64,000 bases of DNA, from NCBI GenBank assembly GCA_046758525.1, contig JBHIAL010000001.1, positions 667 through 64,666 of the forward strand. The letters are read 5' to 3'. The notes below the pieces were generated by a model. That model was not told where the DNA came from and made no database searches. It was given only the letters and a program-made list of their open reading frames with translations. The translations under genes and the position numbers were made by a program. The stretch is from a bacterium (lineage in GTDB: Bacteria; Aerophobota; Aerophobia; Aerophobales; AE-B3A). Below are positions 53,036-63,613 of this stretch, piece by piece. How positions within the stretch are numbered: the first letter of the stretch is position 1; every line of letters starts with the position of its first letter.

Positions 53036-54442
53036 TTATGTGGTAATCTTTATCTTGCCCTCGTTGACCTCGATTGTGCTATCCCAGTCAAAATCTACAT
53101 AACGAGGGGATATTATGTATGTTGGGTATGAAATATCAACCATCTTTAATAACTCCAATGTTTCTTCTATGCCTTTACTATCGAGGTTATTGAATAACTC
53201 ATCCATCACAAGATAATTACAAATTCCCAAATCCCCTTTTAAATAAACTACTAATTGCCTTAAGGCAAGACTCAGGAGCACATCTAATCGTCTTTTAATG
53301 CCATTGCCCTGATACTCATAAGGAATAGTATTAACAAATATGGTTAGGGTATTGTCCTCCCAATTGAGTTTTAAATCAAAATCAAATACGTTTTGCAAAT
53401 TTCGTATGAATTCTTCAATATATTGGGTGTATACATTTGCTAATGCAGCCTTAGCCCCCCTGCTTCCATTACTGCTAAAGAAATCATACCATTTTTTGTG
53501 TATTTCAATCTTCTTATCCAATTTCTTAATCTCATCCTCAATCGTAGTCATTGTATTAATTTTGTCCTGCACCTTTTGGTAATATATATAGTGGTCGAGG
53601 TCAACCCTCAAATCATTCAGTTTTTTAACATTCCTCCCTATTAGGTGCTCAAATTTGGCTATGGCAGAATGTAAATTAGCAATGTCCTTCTTCAGGATAG
53701 ACAATTGGTGTTCTTTGTAATCTTCTCTTATTGGTTGAAGACAGTTGGGGCATGTGTTATTATCACTCAATATGCTAACTGCATTATCCTTCTGGCATTT
53801 TTGGGCTGTAAATTTATTCTTATTTCCTTGGTGGTCTTTTAATGTGTATGATAAGTTATCTATCTGTAATCGTAGTTTGGTATCATAATCTGCTTCAAAC
53901 TTGCTTGCAGGAGTTCCCTTGAATTCTTTTATAACCCCCTGAATACCATACATTTCTTTTAGGTACTCGTTGTATATGCTTCGTAAATCAGAACAATCTT
54001 TATTTAATTTATTAGCACAACCATTTATGACTTCTGAATTGCTTAATGCGCTCAGTAAATTATTTTTTTTCCCAGACGTCATTTGCATAATTGCCGTAGA
54101 AAAATTCACATGAACAATTTGTCTATAAATATCATAGGAGATTGGGGTGAGTTCATCAATATCTTTTATATTAGTTCTACTTTGGGTTATAGTCCTTTCT
54201 CTATAAAATATTTGTGCCCCAGTATTTAAACTTACCTTACAGAAAGGACTACCTTTTTTTATAACACTCGATATGCCTTTTTTAGAGTCCAGTTTATTAT
54301 TATATTGCCAGATACACCAACCAATAGACTCTACCAGACTTGATTTACCCATCCCATTATCGCCATGAATCAAATGTAATCCCTTTTGCATAGTAAGCTC
54401 TGTCTTATCGAAACATGCGTAATTTTCAAGTTTTAAAATCAC
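53036..54442 (-). CDS. SbcC/Rad50-like ATPase with zinc hook
   Basis: Walker A HGDNGMGKSSLVESI. CPNC zinc hook in the middle. Walker B / D-loop YLVMDELFNNLD. Confidence 0.6.
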   Translation of the reverse strand: MILKLENYACFDKTELTMQKGLHLIHGDNGMGKSSLVESIGWCIWQYNNKLDSKKGISSVIKKGSPFCKVSLNTGAQIFYRERTITQSRTNIKDIDELTPISYDIYRQIVHVNFSTAIMQMTSGKKNNLLSALSNSEVINGCANKLNKDCSDLRSIYNEYLKEMYGIQGVIKEFKGTPASKFEADYDTKLRLQIDNLSYTLKDHQGNKNKFTAQKCQKDNAVSILSDNNTCPNCLQPIREDYKEHQLSILKKDIANLHSAIAKFEHLIGRNVKKLNDLRVDLDHYIYYQKVQDKINTMTTIEDEIKKLDKKIEIHKKWYDFFSSNGSRGAKAALANVYTQYIEEFIRNLQNVFDFDLKLNWEDNTLTIFVNTIPYEYQGNGIKRRLDVLLSLALRQLVVYLKGDLGICNYLVMDELFNNLDSKGIEETLELLKMVDISYPTYIISPRYVDFDWDSTIEVNEGKIKITT

Positions 54443-54447
54443 CTTAT

Positions 54448-54768
54448 TTAATCCTTTACAAATTTTAACCTAATCTCTATCTTTTTACATTCCCCTATTT
54501 CTAATTCTAAGTCAAAAATTTCCTTAAAATCTTCTTCATAAATACGGGTAATACCGCTATTTTCTGTATCCGTTACCCAATTGTAATATTTATCGTAGTG
54601 AGGCTTAAAATCTTTAAATGGTTGGGAATGGGAGATATAGTAGTCTCCAAAAGTATCCCTTGCCACATAAATATATCTCTTATTCATACTCTTCTTATAA
54701 TTGCCTCCCTTATCCTTAAATAGATTAAGGGCTTTACTTAAAACGCCTAAAGATATATCCTTACTCAT
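54448..54768 (-). CDS. hypothetical protein
   Basis: 106 aa. Confidence 0.3.
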   Translation of the reverse strand: MSKDISLGVLSKALNLFKDKGGNYKKSMNKRYIYVARDTFGDYYISHSQPFKDFKPHYDKYYNWVTDTENSGITRIYEEDFKEIFDLELEIGECKKIEIRLKFVKD

Positions 54769-54961
54769 CTTAACCTCCTCGTGATAATTCTGTGAGCTTG
54801 TTAGATTTTTCTGCTATGTCCTTTTTCTCCTCCTCTATTAATAAAGTCTTATTTTCCTCCAATTGTATCAAGCGCTCTTTCGCCTTTTGAATCCGCTCCA
54901 CTATCTTCTTTATCTTGGTCAATCTTGGTATAGGTTTTCCTCCCATTTTTAATCCTCCTTA

Positions 54962-55267
54962 TCAAATTCCCTTGCAAAATGTATATGTATCTGGTAATAA
55001 ATGAGAGGAATTACAATCACTTTCATATTCCTCTTTTGGCACTATATTATTACATTCTGCACATTTAAAAGTCTGTGTTTCAAAAGAATATAACATTTCT
55101 GTTTTGCATTTCCTGCAATAAATAGGTTTAGCCCCCAAAATGTTTAATCGTTTGTGGTGTGCAACCATATTTGGGATTTCCTTGCCTTTTTGAGTTATCG
55201 GGAAGTTGGGATGTTCTATTAATACTTTTATAGTGTTAGTATCAACATCGTAATGAAATCCCCTCAT
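54962..55267 (-). CDS. zinc-ribbon protein
   Basis: CRKCKTEM...CAECNN. Confidence 0.3.
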   Translation of the reverse strand: MRGFHYDVDTNTIKVLIEHPNFPITQKGKEIPNMVAHHKRLNILGAKPIYCRKCKTEMLYSFETQTFKCAECNNIVPKEEYESDCNSSHLLPDTYTFCKGI

Positions 55268-55343
55268 TTAGGCATCTTTTGGTATTCCCTTAGTAACCTT
55301 AAAGCCATGCTCAGTTCCTTCTACCCATATTTGTAACCTTTTT

Positions 55344-56369
55344 TTATCCATTTTCAATCTCCATTATTAATTCTTCTAATATTGTGGGGTTATTTATGAA
55401 AAATGCCCTCATACCTTCAATTGTTCTTCCTATAATATTATCTTTATAAAAGCGTTTACCTTCCTTATCCTCAAATAGGTTAAGAGCTTTACCTAAAGTG
55501 GCAACTTCTAAGATTGTGTCAATTCCTTCCCCATAAATTAATGGAAATTTACCTTTATCGGGCGGGGCAACTTTGGATTTGTTAATGGTTGCCGTTACCC
55601 AATGCCCTATTTTCTTTTCGCTCTTTTTAATTGCATCGGACGGACTCAATTGCAATAGTATTCGATTATAGTGTTCTAATGCTTCACCGCACGGTCTTGT
55701 ATAAGGAGGCGCATAAGAATTCAAACCCGCTCCCCAATTAGCCCTAACCTGATTTATGATTATAAGTATCTTGTTCCTTGGTTTAATAATCTGAGCAAAA
55801 CGGGGTAATGCTTTTGTTACAAGTCCTGCAATAGCTGCTAACCTTCCCCCAGAATCGTAGTTAAGCATTCCATCTTCGAGAAACTTTCTTGGTAAGAGTG
55901 CGGGCAATGAATCCAAGATTATAAGTTTAATGTCTGAATCCAGTATTGTTTTCTCTATAAGCTTCATTATGTTTTCAGCATATAAGTTACCTTCATCGTC
56001 TGATTGAATAAGGACAAGTCTGTCGAAATCTATTCCTAAATTATGTGCATAACCGTTATCAAATGAGCACTCTGCATCTATAAATAATACATTTTGTTTC
56101 TTCCTTTGGGTTTCTACTGCTGTATTTATACCAATAGTGCTCTTACTTGCTCCCTTTTCTCCCCAAATCTCTATGATAGACCCCAAAGGAAATCCTCCTA
56201 CACCAAGGATTCTATCTAATATTATAGACCCTGAAGATATAACCTCACAGGGGGCAACCCTATTAGAGGCTATTACATTGCCTATATTCTCCCGAATCCA
56301 AGCAATGTGTTCCTCTGTCGTCCTTATTTCTGCCCTGTCTTTTGTTGTTTTTTCTTTAGGTTTACTCAT
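55344..56369 (-). CDS. RecA-family recombinase
   Basis: SSGSIILDRILGVGGFPLGSIIEIWGEKGASKST (Walker A in RecA context). FIDAE. LIILDSLPALLP. IIINQVR. Confidence 0.7.
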   Translation of the reverse strand: MSKPKEKTTKDRAEIRTTEEHIAWIRENIGNVIASNRVAPCEVISSGSIILDRILGVGGFPLGSIIEIWGEKGASKSTIGINTAVETQRKKQNVLFIDAECSFDNGYAHNLGIDFDRLVLIQSDDEGNLYAENIMKLIEKTILDSDIKLIILDSLPALLPRKFLEDGMLNYDSGGRLAAIAGLVTKALPRFAQIIKPRNKILIIINQVRANWGAGLNSYAPPYTRPCGEALEHYNRILLQLSPSDAIKKSEKKIGHWVTATINKSKVAPPDKGKFPLIYGEGIDTILEVATLGKALNLFEDKEGKRFYKDNIIGRTIEGMRAFFINNPTILEELIMEIENG

Positions 56370-56372
56370 ATT

Positions 56373-57278
56373 TTAATATCCTAAACTATTTAATGTTTCC
56401 AGAGGAACCTTTACATCCAATCCGTTATCTCTCCCATAATCCTCTATGAGTTTCCTGATTGATGGAATCTTCTGCTTTTTAGGCATTGGTTTATTGTTTT
56501 GGCGATTGAAAACAGGAAATATCTTTGCATTCTTGATATTTAGCTCCTTGATTCTTGTTATTACTACATCAATTTCGTCTTGATTCTTACAATTTAACCT
56601 AACAAAGTCATCATGTTTTACAGTTCCATCCTGTATATAGGTTAGCCATTTATCTACACTTAGCGTGAATTTGCCCTCTGTGTTACTATAAATGTATTTT
56701 ATTTCCGACCTGTCGGAGTCAAAATGGATAAATCTGCATCTGTAAACCTCATTGAGAGTTCCATATCTCTCAGGTATGAGGCTTCCTACAAAACAAAGAT
56801 TACTTTTTTGAAATGATGTTGGCTGATGCCAATGCCCTAAAAAATATATTTTGTTCCTGTCAAAGCTTTTTATGGGTTTGGTCTTGTCCCCAAAGAATGG
56901 ATTTGATTCTTTTGGCACATAATGACATAACTCAAAGTGCCCCTTTGGATGTATGGAGTGCCCATCAGGAATAAAGGAAATTCCGAATTCTTTTAATAAT
57001 CTCCATGAATTTCTATCGTGATTTCCTTTAATACTCCGCAGAATAATCCCATTATCCTTAATTTTTTTTATCAATCTCATGGCTTCTATTATAACATTAT
57101 ATTTTTCATCTTCTTGTCTGTGTAGAAAATCCCCGCAAGAAAGCCATGTATTTATATTATTTTTAAGACTGTAATTTATCATTTGGTCAAACACCTTTGT
57201 AACCATAGATAGTGTTTTCTCTGATATGTGTACATCTGAAAATATTAGATAATTCAAATTTTTTGAAAAGCCCACCAA
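56373..57278 (-). CDS. Mre11/SbcD-family nuclease (calcineurin-like phosphoesterase)
   Basis: FSDVHIS, CGDFLHR, KGNHD and LGHWHQP are metallophosphatase motifs I-IV. Confidence 0.65.
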   Translation of the reverse strand: MVGFSKNLNYLIFSDVHISEKTLSMVTKVFDQMINYSLKNNINTWLSCGDFLHRQEDEKYNVIIEAMRLIKKIKDNGIILRSIKGNHDRNSWRLLKEFGISFIPDGHSIHPKGHFELCHYVPKESNPFFGDKTKPIKSFDRNKIYFLGHWHQPTSFQKSNLCFVGSLIPERYGTLNEVYRCRFIHFDSDRSEIKYIYSNTEGKFTLSVDKWLTYIQDGTVKHDDFVRLNCKNQDEIDVVITRIKELNIKNAKIFPVFNRQNNKPMPKKQKIPSIRKLIEDYGRDNGLDVKVPLETLNSLGY

Positions 57279-57377
57279 TAACTGTGAAATTTTCTGGAGT
57301 GCTTCTGATTTAATCTTGGGTTACAGAATATTATGCCTCTCGTCATTAACGTAATACCTTTGTCTTAGGTATGTTAT

Positions 57378-57959
57378 TCATTTCTGTTTATCCTCCAAAA
57401 CTTGTTGGCACATTCCCAGAATGCCTGAATCTAATTTACAAAGTTGTTCGGGACTGAAACCATGATTATATTTAATATAACCATCTTTGAATTCCATAGG
57501 TATATCAAATGTAACTTCTATTCCTAAGTATCGTCTTGTATTTTTTGTAACAACTCCTGTTTGGTATTCCCAAAAAAAGCAACAATCTGAGTATGGTGTG
57601 ATTATTCTAACTTTTGTGCCAACAGGAAAGTCTTCATAATTATTATTCCCCGTGTTATATTTTGCTATTTTTTCCTCTAAAACAGTGCCTAATGATTTAC
57701 ACATTTTTTGCTCCTTTATTTGAGAGGTTGTATTTTGTCTAGGATGTTGTATTTTGTCTAATAAGTGTAAATACCAGTACGTAGAATAATAATCCCCTTT
57801 ATTAGCGTCTTTTCTATTTCGGAGTGCCTCTACTACTATATTACGTTCTAATTCGGTGAGGGTAAATGTATATGTTTTTTCCTTATCGTTCCCCATGAAA
57901 AATCTCCCTATGATGTTGCTTACACATTGGTAATAGGTTATAAATGCTATTACACACAA
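57378..57959 (-). CDS. hypothetical protein
   Basis: 193 aa. The true start is possibly the internal MGNDKEK. Confidence 0.35.
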   Translation of the reverse strand: MCVIAFITYYQCVSNIIGRFFMGNDKEKTYTFTLTELERNIVVEALRNRKDANKGDYYSTYWYLHLLDKIQHPRQNTTSQIKEQKMCKSLGTVLEEKIAKYNTGNNNYEDFPVGTKVRIITPYSDCCFFWEYQTGVVTKNTRRYLGIEVTFDIPMEFKDGYIKYNHGFSPEQLCKLDSGILGMCQQVLEDKQK

Positions 57960-58155
57960 TTACGCTCCTTGGCACTATGTGCGCCAACTCTAATCTCCGC
58001 CTTGTACCACACACAACACACTTTGTTTTGTAGAATCTCATAATGCTCTTATATTTTGTTGGTGTAATCTTTTCTTTTATTCTATCCTTACACTGACTAC
58101 ATTGTTTATAAGTAGGTTTTGTTATTTCGTTTTCTTCTATCATGTAAAGCTCCAA
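57883..58155 (-). CDS. HNH endonuclease
   Basis: CSQCKD...CVVCG...LELAHIVP...CKQHHREIFHG. Confidence 0.55.
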   Translation of the reverse strand: MELYMIEENEITKPTYKQCSQCKDRIKEKITPTKYKSIMRFYKTKCVVCGTRRRLELAHIVPRSVIVCNSIYNLLPMCKQHHREIFHGER

Positions 58156-60359
58156 TCCTTACCTATTTCTACATCTACATTTAGCACATTCTTCATTTCA
58201 GGTATGATTTGAGATGGAGATTCCTTTATGATATTTACTATGTCTTTTATAATATCTTTTTTAATTAAATCTTTTCTAACATAGAAGTCAATCTCATCGT
58301 GTACAGTATTACATATATATACCCCATTAAATCCTGCTCTATATACTTGAATACCTGCATTAATCGTAATATCTGATGCCAAACTCTGTATTATTGTGTT
58401 AACTGCCAACCTTTTTACTCTGTCTGAGTCTTCTTCTCTGTTTAAGTCTCTCCATCTATTGGTATAAGGAACATCAATCCTTTTTGTTCTTAGGGCTTTA
58501 TTTCTTACGGAAGCAATCCACCGAGCCACTTTTGGGAAAGCTGGGAAGAATGTTCTGATAACTTCCTCATCCATAAGTCCATACATTACTCCCAAAACTC
58601 TTGGTTTTAATGCCTGTCTTTCCTCTTTTGTGGGTAGCCCTCTATACATCCGCTTAAAAATAAATGTATAAACATCACTTGTATTTAGAAGTTCCTTATC
58701 CCCCGCTAATAATGCCAACACTTTAGGCTCAATCTGTTGGAAATCTATGCTTACAAAGTCATGCCCTTCTGGGGCTATGAATAACTTCCTGAACTCAGGG
58801 TCTCTGGGGATATTTTGAACATTGAATGGTTTTCCAGAACTCACCCGACCTGTTTCAGTAAAATGTAAATTATAATTAGTATGAATCCTGTCCATGCCTA
58901 AATAGGGTTCAATGTATGTGGATAAGAGTTTTTGAGTCTTTTTGAATCCAGTCAGTAATTTACATAGTGGGTGGTCAATGTTACTAATAATATCACTTCT
59001 TACAGAGTAATTGTTTTTTGGCGTTTTAGACAATTTAACCCCATCTTTTCTTAGAAATCCTGCTACTTGCTTGGGGGATGCTGGATTAAATTTTTCGTCT
59101 TTTACAAAAGCTATAATATTGTTGTGTGTATCATCATACAACCTCTTGTATTTGGGTAAGAGTGTGTTTTCCAAATGTCCAGAATCTATAAGTAAACCAC
59201 GGGATTCTACATCAGACAGCATAGGAATAGCATTGCACAATAAGCTATAAGCAGGTTCTCTTTTAGGAATTTTATTATGTAAATATGTAGTGAGCACGAC
59301 ATCAGACTTATTATATTCATATAGTTCCTCTTTAGGTATCTCGCCTATTTTAGCTGGGTCAACTTCTTTGATTTGGTTAATTGAAACACCATAAGCCTTC
59401 GCAATGTTTTTTAATTTATTACTAACTATTTTACCCCCAACCATTCCCGAATCTAAATAATGAGCCAACATTACATCGTGTAATCTTCCCTTGACGTTGA
59501 TGTTGGCTATCTTTTTAAGGGCGTTGCAATCAAATTTTGCATTAAACAACACTTTAGGAATATTTGGATTCTCCAGTAATTTTTTATAGCTTTCAACCTG
59601 AGAATTCTTTACCCAATCTACTACAATACATTTTTGGTCTTGTGTTCCAAACCCAATAGAAAGCAAATCTACCTCTTTTGTAAACAGTTCTACTCCTGTA
59701 GTTTCTACATCGAAAGTAATTGCTCCATTGTTTAGGCTATCAAAGAACCAAGTCCTTGCTTCTAAATTACCCCCATCAACCTTGTATTCATTTTCAATTT
59801 TGGGGGCATCACCATAAACAAGTTCCTTCATTCTTTGGAACGAGCCCTTATATCTTTGAGTTTCATAAGGTTTATAATTTAAATATGATGGATGTAATAA
59901 TGGTATTACTTTACCAAATTTAGATTCTTGTAGAGTTCCTTCAATATCTGTTATCTTTAATCTTTTATTATTTAAAATCGTAGAAGTAGCTGTATCACCA
60001 AGAGTTACAATAAATTCTGGTTTTAGCTCTTTAATTGTATGTTCTATAATGGGATAACATAGCCCTATTTCATCTTTGGTAGGGGGTCTTACACCACCTT
60101 CTTTGGTTGTGGTACGACAGCATACAGTATTACCAATTGAAACGTCATTCCAAGGGATGCCCACAAAATTAACTATATCTCTGAAAATCTTTCCTGCTTT
60201 TCCTACGAGAGGTTCGCCTGTTACCTCTTCTGAAGCACCTGGAACTTCTGCAACAAACAGTATCTTATTACCTATTGTTTTATTGGGTACATATGGACGA
60301 TTCAATAGGGGGCATTTATTGCAATTCTCTTTATTGTATTCTGGTTTTTGCCTAACCAT
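58140..60359 (-). CDS. family A DNA polymerase with N-terminal UDG family-4-like domain and 3'-5' exonuclease domain
   Basis: N-terminus VAEVPGASEEVTGEPLVGKAGKIF...NTVCCRTT matches the UDG-4 pattern GE.PG..Ed..G.PFvG.AG.lL...N...CRPP. PolA motifs include ICNTVHDEIDFYV (motif C) and RQALKPRVLGVMYGL. Confidence 0.75.
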   Translation of the reverse strand: MVRQKPEYNKENCNKCPLLNRPYVPNKTIGNKILFVAEVPGASEEVTGEPLVGKAGKIFRDIVNFVGIPWNDVSIGNTVCCRTTTKEGGVRPPTKDEIGLCYPIIEHTIKELKPEFIVTLGDTATSTILNNKRLKITDIEGTLQESKFGKVIPLLHPSYLNYKPYETQRYKGSFQRMKELVYGDAPKIENEYKVDGGNLEARTWFFDSLNNGAITFDVETTGVELFTKEVDLLSIGFGTQDQKCIVVDWVKNSQVESYKKLLENPNIPKVLFNAKFDCNALKKIANINVKGRLHDVMLAHYLDSGMVGGKIVSNKLKNIAKAYGVSINQIKEVDPAKIGEIPKEELYEYNKSDVVLTTYLHNKIPKREPAYSLLCNAIPMLSDVESRGLLIDSGHLENTLLPKYKRLYDDTHNNIIAFVKDEKFNPASPKQVAGFLRKDGVKLSKTPKNNYSVRSDIISNIDHPLCKLLTGFKKTQKLLSTYIEPYLGMDRIHTNYNLHFTETGRVSSGKPFNVQNIPRDPEFRKLFIAPEGHDFVSIDFQQIEPKVLALLAGDKELLNTSDVYTFIFKRMYRGLPTKEERQALKPRVLGVMYGLMDEEVIRTFFPAFPKVARWIASVRNKALRTKRIDVPYTNRWRDLNREEDSDRVKRLAVNTIIQSLASDITINAGIQVYRAGFNGVYICNTVHDEIDFYVRKDLIKKDIIKDIVNIIKESPSQIIPEMKNVLNVDVEIGKDWSFT

Positions 60360-60573
60360 AAATTTCCTTTAATATTTGCTCTTTGCTCTTGGTCTTTTGT
60401 AACGGTTTAAAAGATGTTTGTTTTATAAAGTTGGCATGAGCCAAACCACCCCCCAGAAGCAGCCTCCCATAGAAGTCTTCCAGTGTAACTTCTGGGGGTT
60501 TATACATTCTAACCAAGTCTTCCAAATCAGTATAGGAATTGGGGGGCAAGCTAATGATTATTTTATGCTTCAT
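60352..60573 (-). CDS. hypothetical protein
   Basis: 73 aa. Confidence 0.3.
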   Translation of the reverse strand: MKHKIIISLPPNSYTDLEDLVRMYKPPEVTLEDFYGRLLLGGGLAHANFIKQTSFKPLQKTKSKEQILKEIYG

Positions 60574-60577
60574 TGAA

Positions 60578-61096
60578 TTACAGTATTAATTTGTATTTAT
60601 TGTGAATGTTATCTAATACGTCCCTTTGTGGCTTTATCAATTCCCCAACACAATTCACCAAGCAATGTCCAATTTTGAAAAGCCCATAGGCATCTGCCTC
60701 GTTTGAATCCTTTGGGTCAAATCCCCATCTTTTGTACACGTCCTTCATAATCTTGTCTTTTCGGGCTGTGCCATCTCCTGTAATAAATTTTTTAAGTTGT
60801 GTAGGAGCTATATAAATTATCTTAGCTTTAGTATCTTCCAAAAATAGCTCAAGAAGTCCCATCAATTTAGCCAACGGTATAACAGATATACTATCTTTAT
60901 AATAATTACCCAAGCCCTCTATTACATATAGATTGGTTGTTTCTGTTGATAGAGATTCTCTAAATACGGACATTGCATGTTTCTTATTATGTTGATTCAT
61001 TTTTATAGATGTCACAAAGTCAGGTTTTTCTGGGTTGTTTCCAGTTACGATACCAGTCCCAGACCAACTTAAGTCAATCCCTGTTACTACTTTCAT
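60578..61096 (-). CDS. RuvC-like Holliday junction resolvase
   Basis: N-terminal TGIDLSWSGTGIV. Acidic residues appear in RuvC-like positions: E in YVIEGLG, then TGDGTARKD, then EADAYGL. Confidence 0.65.
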   Translation of the reverse strand: MKVVTGIDLSWSGTGIVTGNNPEKPDFVTSIKMNQHNKKHAMSVFRESLSTETTNLYVIEGLGNYYKDSISVIPLAKLMGLLELFLEDTKAKIIYIAPTQLKKFITGDGTARKDKIMKDVYKRWGFDPKDSNEADAYGLFKIGHCLVNCVGELIKPQRDVLDNIHNKYKLIL

Positions 61097-61473
61097 TACT
61101 GTTGATTTCTCTCCTCTGTTTCGTTACTAATCCCCCAAAATAAAAAGTACAGCTTTGTTTTAGTCAATTTATCATCTGAGTCTATTTTAGCTAACTTGCT
61201 GTGAAATTTCTCTGGGTTATAGGTTGTGCCAAAAAGATTGCTCCATACTAATGAATCATTCTTAAAAGGCTTGGATTTCACAATAGCTTTATCGTGTATT
61301 AATTGATTAAATATACCTGCCCATTGCCTTTCCAGCTTTGTTATTAATTTATTCATGCCTTCCTCAGATTCTGTTTTACAATCATTCCTCACTTTAGACT
61401 CTTTCTTGATTACACATTCATAAAGTTTTGGGAATTTCTCTTTGGTTATTTTCCTAATTGGACATTCATACAT
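61096..61473 (-). CDS. hypothetical protein
   Basis: 125 aa. Confidence 0.3.
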   Translation of the reverse strand: MYECPIRKITKEKFPKLYECVIKKESKVRNDCKTESEEGMNKLITKLERQWAGIFNQLIHDKAIVKSKPFKNDSLVWSNLFGTTYNPEKFHSKLAKIDSDDKLTKTKLYFLFWGISNETEERNQQ

Positions 61474-61486
61474 GATAAAATGCCAT

Positions 61487-63379
61487 TCATCTAATGAATT
61501 TATTACTTGGTGGGAAAAGTGCTTTTTTTTCTTCTATGATGTCTTCTGCACATTCAGCAGGTACGTCAATTAATCTACCATTTTTATATTTTAGGAAATC
61601 CTTAAAGGGTTTACCCCCCAGTCTTATTTTTTCGAGGCTTATTAAACTGTATTCAGACATTGTCGTTATGGAACTCAAGGCATCGAGCCTGTCTGTATCT
61701 TCATCCTTTCTGCGCCTGTAGATTAAAATTATTTGGCTTGCAGTATCCAATAATCCGCTTGTCTCTCTCAGGCTTTGTTTTGTAGGTACGATGCGGTCAT
61801 CTCCCTTTTTTAATTGTGAAAGGCATATAAAGATTATTCCCGTTTTCTCTGTCAAGAATTTTAAATCAGTTGTAAACTGATTATATAAACTTGCATCCGT
61901 TTTGTATCTTGTAGCGCTACCAGAAAAGGTTACGAATTGTAGATGGTCGAACATTACAACCTTCAAATTGTATTTTATAATTGCTTTCTCTATTAAACTT
62001 AATAACTCATCTGCTGTTCTTTCCTGAACCCCTCTGGGAATCCATAGAGGTACACCTCTTTCTTTCTGGCAGATAAGACCTTGTGCTTCCAATGTGTAAT
62101 CTATACTTCCTAAATCATGTTCTCCCAAGGACAGTTCTGTATATTTAAGTACGTGTTCTAATTTACTCATTTCGAGACATACAAATAATGTGGGTAGGCA
62201 CAGCTTATAAGTTAAATAGTTTGCCCACTGAAAGGCAAAACTTGTTTTACCTGAGCCTGGGTAGCCTCCTATTGCTACAAGATTTCCCCACCTGAAGAAT
62301 ACTTTTTTATTTAATGTCTGCCATGGTGTATTAATTCCCTCATTTAGATTTATATCGCTTTTGGGCTGTGCTAATTCTATCAGGACTTCTGCAAAAGCAG
62401 TTTTTATATCCACGAAATCAACCAATGAGGATTCTTCAGCATTTTCTATTGCCGTACTTATAATATCCTGAGCTTTCTCACTGGTGGAAGTTAAAAATAT
62501 ATCGAAAATTTCTTGTGGAAGTTTTGATTGACAAGTCCTGTCCTTGCCTAAGAAATCTATAATTTCTTTTATTTTAATTTTATCTGCATATTTTGCATGG
62601 TATAGTATATTTATTCGGCAATTCATTCCTTTTATAGCATCTAAATACCTGTAGGAATTAATTTCAGTTTGAGGCATGGAGACCACATCTTTCCAACCTA
62701 ACTGGTATAATGCCCAACACTCCATCTCACTTCTTACGATAAATACCTCTTTAGCATTTTTTGAGATATTATTTTGGTTATAAAGGCAAGGTTTGTTTGT
62801 TTCATGGTCGATAAATGTTCTATAAGCGCCCTTTTCATCAGACGCTAAACGATACTTAAGAAGTGTTACATTATGCTTATTATCAATATATGGTATTGTA
62901 GTGTAATATCTGCCGTCTTGAATATCTGAACCTAACTTAAAATGCTCTATTGTGTCTTTTGTTAGCTTGTTGTTGTGAGCAAGCCAATTCAATGTTGGAT
63001 TGTCTAAGGTAAAAAGGGAGCTTACATATCTTTTTGTATATTCATTTAATGTAAGGGTTTGGGAGGATGGCTTTTTTTCTTGTTGGGTTGATTTATTGAG
63101 AGTTGGAATTATATCTGTATAACCAAATTCATCATATATGTAAGCTTTAAGTGCCTCATAATTCCCAAAATTCTTGCAGTTTGTGCAGTTCCAGCTCCCG
63201 CTTGTGCAGTCAATTTGGAATGTGGATGTTTCTCCCGAACAAAAGAAGCATTTTTTAACAACGAATTTTTCTTTTATTTTAAGATAGTGCCTATTTGAAA
63301 CAAGTCCAATTTTATCAAGGAGCGCCTTTGGGGATAAAAAGAAATCTCCAACCTTCTGGTTTTCGTGAAGTTGTGCCAA
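61487..63379 (-). CDS. primase-helicase (zinc-ribbon N-terminus plus DnaB-like helicase, T7 gp4-like architecture)
   Basis: Zinc ribbon CFFCSGE...CTNCKN. Walker A LVAIGGYPGSGKTSFAF. Walker B VVMFDHLQ. C-terminal DnaB-like region. Confidence 0.65.
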   Translation of the reverse strand: MAQLHENQKVGDFFLSPKALLDKIGLVSNRHYLKIKEKFVVKKCFFCSGETSTFQIDCTSGSWNCTNCKNFGNYEALKAYIYDEFGYTDIIPTLNKSTQQEKKPSSQTLTLNEYTKRYVSSLFTLDNPTLNWLAHNNKLTKDTIEHFKLGSDIQDGRYYTTIPYIDNKHNVTLLKYRLASDEKGAYRTFIDHETNKPCLYNQNNISKNAKEVFIVRSEMECWALYQLGWKDVVSMPQTEINSYRYLDAIKGMNCRINILYHAKYADKIKIKEIIDFLGKDRTCQSKLPQEIFDIFLTSTSEKAQDIISTAIENAEESSLVDFVDIKTAFAEVLIELAQPKSDINLNEGINTPWQTLNKKVFFRWGNLVAIGGYPGSGKTSFAFQWANYLTYKLCLPTLFVCLEMSKLEHVLKYTELSLGEHDLGSIDYTLEAQGLICQKERGVPLWIPRGVQERTADELLSLIEKAIIKYNLKVVMFDHLQFVTFSGSATRYKTDASLYNQFTTDLKFLTEKTGIIFICLSQLKKGDDRIVPTKQSLRETSGLLDTASQIILIYRRRKDEDTDRLDALSSITTMSEYSLISLEKIRLGGKPFKDFLKYKNGRLIDVPAECAEDIIEEKKALFPPSNKFIR

Positions 63380-63400
63380 CTCGACTCCTTTTTAGTATGA

Positions 63401-63613
63401 TTAGCCCTGATTTAATTCTCGGTAAATTTCGTTTATGCGAGCTCGGATGAATTCTTTGGAACGTTTAGGTACTCTGACTTTATGAGCCTCTCTTGGAGGG
63501 GATATTTCGACATATTTTTTGTCCAAATTCGGGGTTTTTGAGCCTGATTGAATATCTGAATCAACAGACGCTATGATGCTCTTTTTTTCCCCTTTAATTG
63601 GTTTCCGAATCAT
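63401..63613 (-). CDS. hypothetical protein
   Basis: 70 aa. Confidence 0.25.
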   Translation of the reverse strand: MIRKPIKGEKKSIIASVDSDIQSGSKTPNLDKKYVEISPPREAHKVRVPKRSKEFIRARINEIYRELNQG

